In this document: positions 56,952-64,000 of the stretch, piece after piece
Layout: each line of letters starts with the position of its first letter
How positions within the stretch are numbered: position 1 is the first letter of the stretch
Assembly (NCBI GenBank): GCA_050246755.1
Contig: JBFWVL010000006.1
Coordinates: 155,743-219,742 of the forward strand
DNA: 64,000 bases
Source of the DNA: Bacteriovoracia bacterium
GTDB lineage: Bacteria > Bdellovibrionota > UBA1018 > CAIPTA01
Direction: 5' to 3'
Translations under genes and position numbers: made by a program
The notes under the pieces: model-generated
What the model saw: the letters and a program-made list of their open reading frames with translations, nothing else
The model's database searches: none
Told to the model about the DNA's origin: nothing

Positions 56952-58005
56952 TTTTCACAAAAATAGTTTGAGTGGGAAAGGCAAATTCAATTTCTTCGGC
57001 GGCAAACTTTTCGCCAATCTCGAAGAGCACGGTTTGCTGGAGGTCCATGAAAATATTATAGTCCGCATCCGAAACCCAGAATACGAACTCATACAGCAAG
57101 GAAGAGTCAGCGTATTTAGCGAAATGGCTGCGATCAAAGCGAAGCTTTGGCTGTTTCTCGATCACCTCTTTGATCCAACCCGGAATCAGCTTCATTTTCA
57201 GCAATGGAGTTGAGTAAGTGACGCCGATGGACTGAACTACACGACGCTCCCACATGCGTTTAAAGTTTTGTACCCGGCTTTCCAGCAAGTCTTTGTTGGA
57301 AAAAACTAACTCTTCTCCGGAAAGGCTGCGCAGGCGAGTGGTTTTTATTCCCACGTATTCGACGGTGCCTTTTTGCTCACCTACCACAATGAAGTCACCA
57401 ATTACGAACGGTCTATCGAGCACGATGGAAAGTGAAGCCAGCAAATCACCAAGGACGTTCTGTGCGGCCAACGCCACCGCTATTCCTCCCACGCCCAGGC
57501 CAGCCAGCAGGGCAGCGATATCAACTCCCATATTGCTGAGCCCAAGCAATATTATGGTGAGAAAAAAAGTGCCTTGAATGGCCCCATATAAGAGCCCGAT
57601 CGCCGCGGCAGAAGAGTTATCTTTTGAGAATTTTTCCTTAAGAAAAGACTCCTTCCAATTTTTAATCCCGTAGTAGCCCCAGATACAGGCCTGCACCAGC
57701 GTGGCGATTAATACAACTAAGTGTCCGGCATAAACTGCTCGTTCATTGGTTTCAAATATTTTTATGGCCAAATAAAATAGCCAAACGAAAATTACGAATC
57801 CCTGGGTACGAGCAAGAAGATCTACGGCTAGATCATCCCAGGGGCTAACGGTTCTTGCTGTTACTTTACGAAGGCGAAGCACGAGGGCTTTCAGGGTGAT
57901 TTTCACGAGGATCGTGATAAAAAAAGCGAGGCCTGCGGCTAAAAGCCACCCCATGGGACCACCTTGTAGCGCTATCTCTTTTAATTTTTGAAATTTCTCA
58001 GTCAA
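56941..58005 (-). CDS. MscS-family mechanosensitive channel
   Basis: LLAGLGVGGIAVALAAQ, DRPFVIGD, GTVEYVGIKTT, EFAFPT. Confidence 0.93.
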   Translation of the reverse strand: MTEKFQKLKEIALQGGPMGWLLAAGLAFFITILVKITLKALVLRLRKVTARTVSPWDDLAVDLLARTQGFVIFVWLFYLAIKIFETNERAVYAGHLVVLIATLVQACIWGYYGIKNWKESFLKEKFSKDNSSAAAIGLLYGAIQGTFFLTIILLGLSNMGVDIAALLAGLGVGGIAVALAAQNVLGDLLASLSIVLDRPFVIGDFIVVGEQKGTVEYVGIKTTRLRSLSGEELVFSNKDLLESRVQNFKRMWERRVVQSIGVTYSTPLLKMKLIPGWIKEVIEKQPKLRFDRSHFAKYADSSLLYEFVFWVSDADYNIFMDLQQTVLFEIGEKFAAEEIEFAFPTQTIFVKNEK

Positions 58006-58155
58006 TTTTCCTCCGAATTTTTATTATGCCGGAGAACTGGCGGAGATCCAATACGTGCCGCAGGCGGATCATCGTCGAAGAGTTAACTAAGTTAATAATA
58101 AAGAGTTAAAATGTTTCGTCGGGGGAAAAATTTTTGCAATGTACACGGAGTCGGT

Positions 58156-58767
58156 TCATTGTCCGCGTTTAGCGCTTAACCAAAAATTATAGGTTAGCCG
58201 TCCATTTCTCGGATTGGTTCCCCAGGCCGAGGCGTTTTGATGCAGAAGTTCCCCGGGGAAAAGGATTAGGCGATTGAACGCGGCATCGAGCGTAGCCACT
58301 CGTATCCATTTTTTTGTATTGAATCTATCCCGGTCTAGTAGGTCTTCTGCGCTTCTGTGCGCCGCCTTATTCGGGAAGGTTTGCCGGATCCACTCTTTAT
58401 CTTCCCACTTAAAGTGGTCCAGCCCGGTTTCCTTGTGGCGAAAAAAACTAGTTCCCGGGTACGTGCCAGTTTTTTCCCCTAAAAAAACGATTCCAGCATA
58501 ACCGGCCATGGGATCCGAATGGATATAGCTCTTACGCTGGCCCTTACCCAAAAACTGAAAACATGGCGACTGAATTTTGAGCGCGCCACTCTTGGCTAAG
58601 AGCGGACTGGCCTTACGGCAAAACTCGCGAAGTTCGGGGAAGTGAAACTCGTTCACGCTTCGTGCGCCAGGAAAGTGCCCCGTTTTATTCGTAAAGGGCT
58701 TAGCGAGCGCCTTTTCCCGCGTGGCGAAAGGATCTTTAAAAAAATTATCCAATACCAAGAAATTCAT
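58156..58767 (-). CDS. 2OG-Fe(II) oxygenase superfamily protein (DUF6445-like)
   Basis: LDNFFKDP, FPGARS, IHSD, GTSFFRH, FNRLILF...LLH, GRLT. Confidence 0.75.
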   Translation of the reverse strand: MNFLVLDNFFKDPFATREKALAKPFTNKTGHFPGARSVNEFHFPELREFCRKASPLLAKSGALKIQSPCFQFLGKGQRKSYIHSDPMAGYAGIVFLGEKTGTYPGTSFFRHKETGLDHFKWEDKEWIRQTFPNKAAHRSAEDLLDRDRFNTKKWIRVATLDAAFNRLILFPGELLHQNASAWGTNPRNGRLTYNFWLSAKRGQ

Positions 58768-58776
58768 AGGGTAAGG

Positions 58777-60090
58777 CTAATTAAATCTGGAGCCTGAATT
58801 GTGACTTGGCCTTCGGGCGTGAGCGGGTTTTGGCCGAGAGAAATTGCCGCCAGAACTGCCACCTCTAAATCCACCAGAGCCGCGCGTTTTACGCTGGCCC
58901 TCTATCAAAGCCTTGGCTTTCCCGACGCTCATCACGGTTGCCCTGGCGGCGCTATCCGAATGAAAGGGCTGGTTAACGTTTACGGCGATCGTCTGATTGG
59001 TGGTTCGTTCAATGTTGGCAAGATAAGATTTTTCATCGCCCGTTACCAAAGAGATCGCCACGCCGGTTGCGCCAGCCCGCGCCGTGCGGCCGATGCGGTG
59101 AACGTAGCTCTCGGCAATATTGGAAAGCTCGAAGTTGATCACGTGGGTGATGCCATCGATATCAATGCCGCGAGACGCGATATCGGTGGCCACCAGCACT
59201 TTCATCTGGCCGTTGGCGAATTGCTGGATCGCGGCTTGGCGATGGTTCTGAGATTTATTGCCGTGAATGGCCACCGCCTTAATTCCGGACGCCAGCAGCG
59301 TTTCCGTAACTCGGTTCGCGATATGTTTCATTTCCACAAAAACAAGCGTTTTACTGAATTGTTCTTGCTTGAGCAGGTGCACCAGCAAATCCAGCTTTTG
59401 GGCTTTAGTCACGTACATCGCGGATTGCTCGATTAACTTTACGGTAGTAGCGGGGGGAGTGACCTCCACCTTTTGGGGATTGCGCAAAATGGTATTGGCT
59501 AGGGCCTGAATTTCTTTGGGCATGGTGGCCGAGAAGAATAAGTTGTGGCGCTTTGGGGGCAGCAAGGGAACGATTTTTTTAATGTCGCGCAGAAAGCCCA
59601 TATCAAGCATGCGATCGGCTTCATCCAAAACAAAAATTCCCACGTTGCTTAAGCGTACATGCCTTTGTTGAATCAAATCCAAAAGCCTTCCTGGGGTAGC
59701 GACTAGAACATCCACGCCGGCTTGGAGCGCGTTCACCTGCCTGTTTTGGCTCACGCCGCCAAAAATTACGGCGTGCTTGAGCTTAAGATGGCGCCCGTAG
59801 GCTTGTAAGTTTTGGTGAATTTGTATGGCCAATTCCCGCGTGGGCGTGAGGATCAAAACTCGTGGGCTGCGCGGATCGGGGCGCGCGGGGTTGGCCAAAA
59901 GCAGATTTAAAATCGGTAGGCAAAAGGCGGCGGTTTTCCCGGTGCCCGTTTGCGCGATACCTAAGAGATCGTGGCCTTGCAGTACGAGCGGAATGGCCTG
60001 TTGCTGAATGGGCGTGGGGGTTTCGTACCCCGCTTCTTTAAGAGCCTGTTGGATGCCAGGGTGGAGACCAAAATCAGCGAATTGTTTCAT
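58777..60090 (-). CDS. rhlE: DEAD-box RNA helicase RhlE-like
   Basis: AQTGTGKT, PTRELA, DEAD, SAT, HGNKSQ, HRIGRTARAG. Confidence 0.9.
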   Translation of the reverse strand: MKQFADFGLHPGIQQALKEAGYETPTPIQQQAIPLVLQGHDLLGIAQTGTGKTAAFCLPILNLLLANPARPDPRSPRVLILTPTRELAIQIHQNLQAYGRHLKLKHAVIFGGVSQNRQVNALQAGVDVLVATPGRLLDLIQQRHVRLSNVGIFVLDEADRMLDMGFLRDIKKIVPLLPPKRHNLFFSATMPKEIQALANTILRNPQKVEVTPPATTVKLIEQSAMYVTKAQKLDLLVHLLKQEQFSKTLVFVEMKHIANRVTETLLASGIKAVAIHGNKSQNHRQAAIQQFANGQMKVLVATDIASRGIDIDGITHVINFELSNIAESYVHRIGRTARAGATGVAISLVTGDEKSYLANIERTTNQTIAVNVNQPFHSDSAARATVMSVGKAKALIEGQRKTRGSGGFRGGSSGGNFSRPKPAHARRPSHNSGSRFN

Positions 60091-60438
60091 ACGGTCCTGT
60101 ATCCCGAGGCTGGCTCCAGAGTCCAGTAATAACGACGATATGCGTCATTGTTTTTCGGTATAGGTCATGGCGACCGTGAGCGAAAGTGACCCGGCATGTA
60201 TTTTTTAAAAAATGCCACTAACTTCAATGCCTTGCCTACAATTGGTTCTAGCGAATTCTTTCAAATTAACCCCGGATGAAAAAGATTTCCCGGCTATTGT
60301 GCGATAGCGATTTATGCGGACGAAAACTCTGATCGTCGTGTTTCTGTTCTCTAAGAGCGTGTTCGCAGAGGAAAGCGGAGAGCAGCCTCGAAACTACTGC
60401 GCAATGGTTGAAGGAAGCTTTGGTTTTTCCCGCGCATT

Positions 60439-60687
60439 TCACCCGGCCTTGCGGAATCTCTCGGACTCTTCCCATTTATCGGTATCGTAGAAATCGATTG
60501 TCTCGCTACCGTCGGATTCCGAGGATTTTTCCGCCGGTCGTAAACCTGAGCGCCTGGTGAGGCCGAAGAACGAAAAAGGAACGAGCGCCACTAGGCCAAA
60601 TCCGAAAACAAATGCGGGCACGATGAGCAGCGTAGTGATGGCGCCTAGGGTTCCGCTTAACCAAGAAGAGAATGCTAACTGAGTCAT
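60439..60687 (-). CDS. Small membrane hypothetical protein
   Basis: GGAGGA SD; long hydrophobic segment. Confidence 0.6.
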   Translation of the reverse strand: MTQLAFSSWLSGTLGAITTLLIVPAFVFGFGLVALVPFSFFGLTRRSGLRPAEKSSESDGSETIDFYDTDKWEESERFRKAG

Positions 60688-60831
60688 ATGAATCATCCTC
60701 CGTGAGACGCGATGTCTTCCTCCATTATAAGGCTGGATGGCTTGAATAGAATCGTCGGGGCTAAATTGCCGCTAAACAATACAAAACAACTTCTGTATAT
60801 GAAGAGATCGGGTGAAGAGAATTCATCTATA

Positions 60832-61308
60832 CTAATGGTAGGAGAGGAGCAGCTTGTTTCCATCGCTAAGCATTTTGCTCTCGTATCCTAGCCAGTCCGG
60901 GTAAGTAACCGGAGCGAGAGTGAATAGAAATTGAAAAAAGCACCATCCGACGCAGGCTGCGTAAAACATGCGGATCTGCTGCCCTTTGCTGGATCGGCTA
61001 AGCAACAGAAACCCCAGGGCCAGCAGCAGTGAGACCAACGGGCCTAAAAGCAGAGTGAGTGTTTCATTTTCAGATTTTTCCCAATTGGTGTGGCCGTACC
61101 AGGGTTTTAGGCTGCCCAGCTGCAGCGACAGTTTTTCTGATTGGATAGACAGAGACGGCTCGGATCCCACCTTCACCTGGACGGAATGCCCGAAAGTCAG
61201 GGGTATGAGAGCGTGCCCAAGTTCATGGCAAAGCGTGAAAAATGGCGCGGCCACAAAGAGAAAAGCAAAGGCAAAAAATATGCTTCTTAACTTGTCACTA
61301 CGTTTCAA
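60832..61308 (-). CDS. M50-like membrane zinc metalloprotease
   Basis: HELGH, LLGPLVS, SDG motifs; TTG overlaps the upstream TGA. Confidence 0.75.
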   Translation of the reverse strand: MKRSDKLRSIFFAFAFLFVAAPFFTLCHELGHALIPLTFGHSVQVKVGSEPSLSIQSEKLSLQLGSLKPWYGHTNWEKSENETLTLLLGPLVSLLLALGFLLLSRSSKGQQIRMFYAACVGWCFFQFLFTLAPVTYPDWLGYESKMLSDGNKLLLSYH

Positions 61309-62411
61309 TTTTTCGTACCAATCTTCCGCGCCGCAAATAAATGCACGGAGTAGAGCTCGATTTGCCGGAAGTGTTTTAGGAAGAGCCAAGGGATATGCTC
61401 CACCTTCTTAAAAACCTGGAAGCCGGATTTTTCGTAGAGAAATTCCACGGCGGCCGAGGACGATTTAATTTTTTTCGGCAGAGAATTCCTCAGGTACCTC
61501 GCCACGCCTTCGTGCCAGATATAAGGACTGCTTTGGATCGCGACGCCATTCTTCTTCAGGAGATCGAACTGGATTCTCGGTAGATCGCTTGGGTCTTCGA
61601 TCATGTCGATCACGTTCAAGGCCACGGCGAGATCGAACGCACCGAAAGCCACCGGCAGGTTTTCCACTTCACCCACCACGAAATCCACGTGTCCGCCCTT
61701 TAGGGGGTTTGGGGGAGCCACCTTGCCGGTAAGCGGGCCATTATAAAGATCTTGGGGGATTTGAATCGAGTTAGCGTAGGGGGCGCCGAGGTTGATGTGG
61801 CGGGCGAGGGCGATGCCGGTGAAAGCGCTGTCGATGCCGAGATAGGAATCCACGGATTTCGCGATGGCTTGGGCCAGGCCACCGGATCCACAGCCGAGCT
61901 CGATGGCGTTTTGGTTTTTGAAGGATTTGGTCCACGCGGCGATCTGGGAGAAAGGGCCGTTGTCCCAGAAATTTTTCACCAGGCGATCGATCTCGGGGCT
62001 GAAGTCCTTTGCCGGGCGCCACCAGGGATTCTTTTTCGCTTTGGCGGCGCTCACGTAGTGATTCATGTAGTAAAGCGCATTCACGCGCTGGCTTTCTAGA
62101 TCTTCCTCGGTGAAGCCGGTTTCGATCTCGGATTTCGCTTGCAAGTAAGTTTCACGGTAGCTTTCGGGAATTTCCGAATCGTCTACGAGGGCAGAAATAC
62201 CTTTCACGTGAAACTGAAGGTAGCGTTCCACGTCGTTCACCAGGATGGCGATCCCGCCGAGGATGGGATAGGTGGAACCACAATCGTTGCAGGACAAGGT
62301 GCCGAAGAGTACATCGTTGGCCTTCTTCTTTTTGATTTCTAGAGAGAGCGCGCCGGATTTTCCGTCCAGGCAATTGAGGCAGCGAAGGCGGGGTAGGGTG
62401 GAGATAAGCAT
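61305..62411 (-). CDS. Class I SAM methyltransferase with N-terminal Trm112-like zinc ribbon
   Basis: CLNC...CNDC...YPILGGI; ELGCGSG; FDLAVALNVID. Confidence 0.82.
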   Translation of the reverse strand: MLISTLPRLRCLNCLDGKSGALSLEIKKKKANDVLFGTLSCNDCGSTYPILGGIAILVNDVERYLQFHVKGISALVDDSEIPESYRETYLQAKSEIETGFTEEDLESQRVNALYYMNHYVSAAKAKKNPWWRPAKDFSPEIDRLVKNFWDNGPFSQIAAWTKSFKNQNAIELGCGSGGLAQAIAKSVDSYLGIDSAFTGIALARHINLGAPYANSIQIPQDLYNGPLTGKVAPPNPLKGGHVDFVVGEVENLPVAFGAFDLAVALNVIDMIEDPSDLPRIQFDLLKKNGVAIQSSPYIWHEGVARYLRNSLPKKIKSSSAAVEFLYEKSGFQVFKKVEHIPWLFLKHFRQIELYSVHLFAARKIGTKN

Positions 62412-62626
62412 TCGCTAGTATTAAAGTTATAGAAATCAAAAAGCCAGCTGCGAAAGCGGCATTTGCCTATTTTTAGAAAATCGAGCTTTTTTCCAAATAC
62501 CTGTTCGTCATAGGTTTTCCGTGAATTCCGCAATGTAGTCGCGGCGCGTCTTTGCCTATTGCCGTTACCTCTAAAAATTAGTAAAACACTCCTCACCGAT
62601 TCTCGAACTGAGGTTAGATTTTTTCC

Positions 62627-63727
62627 ATGAAAAAGCAGCTGTTTTTCTTGTCCTTCGCGCTCTCCACGTTCCTTCCTCTTCCATCCTCGGCCAACAGCGC
62701 CGATCTCGATTGGACGAAGGTGCCTGTCGCGCGCCGGGTGCATGCGTACTACGAAATTGAAACCCGCGTGATGGAAGCTAAGAACCGTCACTTCTGGTAT
62801 ACGCTGCCCGCCGAGCTTCCTTACCAAACCGAGATCTCCTCCCCGAACTTTTCGATTCAGCCTTCGGGAATTTTCACGGACGTCACTTTTGGCAACCGCG
62901 TTTTGTACTGGAATCACGAGGAGAGCGAGAGGTTTTCTTTCCGCATGGACTGGGAAGCCACGATCCACAACGTGCTCACGAATTTAGATCCAGCCAAAAT
63001 CGGCGCCTACGATCCGAACGACAAGATGGTTCAGCTCTATACCCGCAGCGAGCGCCTCATGCATATCGATGCCAAGGTGCTGGCGATTAAGGCCGAGCTG
63101 GAAGCGGAGCTAAGGGGAGATGCCCGCCCTTTATCGGTGAGCAAGGCGGCTTTCCGGTGGGTGCTCGACCATATGGCCTACGCTTCACTGGATGATCTCG
63201 ACCGCGACCGCGGCACTGATGAATTGCTGAAGCGGGCTTTCGTGCACAAGGGACTCACGTACTATAAGGGCGATTGCGGGGAGTATACCTTGCTCTATAA
63301 CGCCATCCTTCGCTCTTTCGGCATTCCCGCCCGTACGGTTACGGGCGGATGGTCCATGGGAAAAGACCAGTGGCACGTATGGTCCGAAGTATTTTTCCCT
63401 GGCTACGGCTGGGTTCCGGTAGATACCTCCGCCGCCGACGTTTTTGTTTACGACGAGGGCGCGGAGCTGAACGCGCTCGGAGAAAAGCAGTTCGGTACGT
63501 TCCCGCAGGTGACGAGCCCGGATTTTTATTTCGGAAACTTGGATCCGTATCGGTTCGTGATGTCGGTGGGGAACGATATTCCGCTACGACCGGTGATGGA
63601 TTGGGATTTTACCCGCGAAAAAGCCGGCTGGTTCTACGACCGCGGCAACGCGGGGTATATGCAGGTGGGAGTTTTCCACCCGCTCTCGCTCAAAGACGTG
63701 AAGATTCGTTTTGAGAATTTACCTTAG
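62627..63727 (+). CDS. Secreted transglutaminase-like protein
   Basis: Signal peptide; GDCGEY, GIPARTVTG, HVWSEV...GWVPVD triad. Confidence 0.88.
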   Translation: MKKQLFFLSFALSTFLPLPSSANSADLDWTKVPVARRVHAYYEIETRVMEAKNRHFWYTLPAELPYQTEISSPNFSIQPSGIFTDVTFGNRVLYWNHEESERFSFRMDWEATIHNVLTNLDPAKIGAYDPNDKMVQLYTRSERLMHIDAKVLAIKAELEAELRGDARPLSVSKAAFRWVLDHMAYASLDDLDRDRGTDELLKRAFVHKGLTYYKGDCGEYTLLYNAILRSFGIPARTVTGGWSMGKDQWHVWSEVFFPGYGWVPVDTSAADVFVYDEGAELNALGEKQFGTFPQVTSPDFYFGNLDPYRFVMSVGNDIPLRPVMDWDFTREKAGWFYDRGNAGYMQVGVFHPLSLKDVKIRFENLP

Positions 63728-64000
63728 AGCTCGATACTAAGATCTGACTTAAAATCTTAATTTTTTGTTAGGGTGGCGCGGGCGAACGCGAAGGCCTTGG
63801 CTTCGTTGATTTCGTCGCCACCGCCGGCGAACTGACGGCTGGATCCCTTTTCGAGGGAGCTGCGGATGATCACAAGCCGGTCTACATGATTGTTGATTTT
63901 TCGTTGGCCAGGAACTTGCTTTTGCCGGGCGCATGCATCGCCCAGAGTGCCCTAAATGTGAGATAGAGCGGCTTCCCCGTAGTGGAATCGTACGCTACGG

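Noticed and set aside
56326-57213. 295-aa plus-strand ORF
   Set aside because: Antisense to the MFS and MscS genes

Overview
64 kb of a moderately GC-rich bacterial chromosome, most likely Bdellovibrionota-like. This is inferred from a TIGR02147-type HTH gene, many small secreted proteins, deltaproteobacterial-style ffh-rpsP-khpA-trmD-SPOUT-rplS-rnhB order and sigma28-like promoters. (1) 1-~11.6 kb is the right end of an integrative conjugative element (ICE) at the 3' end of tRNA-Arg(TCT). It carries VirB5/6/8/9/10- and TraV-like genes, an FtsK/TcpA-type ATPase, a Replic_Relax (MOB-L-like) protein, an HTH regulator with a palindromic operator, and a large serine recombinase that reads through the tRNA. 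A group II intron (189-2286) splits the VirB5/TrbJ-like gene. None of the transfer genes has a well-placed ATG start (ATA, ACG/ATT, GTG, TTG instead). (2) 11.7-45.6 kb is core genome (dapF, rpoH-like, rpsO-pnp, ffh...rnhB, ssb, lgt). It contains a ~10 kb tandem array of six large, divergent secreted proteins that share a C-terminal LF-x-RV...G motif and sit behind sigma28-type promoters, followed by an outer-membrane barrel and a membrane-anchored protein. This array is the best candidate for an undescribed system. (3) 45.7-54.7 kb is a ~9 kb island at tRNA-Phe bounded by a direct repeat. It has its own Replic_Relax protein, tyrosine and serine recombinases and secreted cargo, with traces of a second tandem element after it. 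(4) 55-64 kb holds MFS, MscS, 2OG oxygenase, DEAD-box helicase, methyltransferase and transglutaminase genes. All family assignments come from motif recognition by eye, not from database searches.
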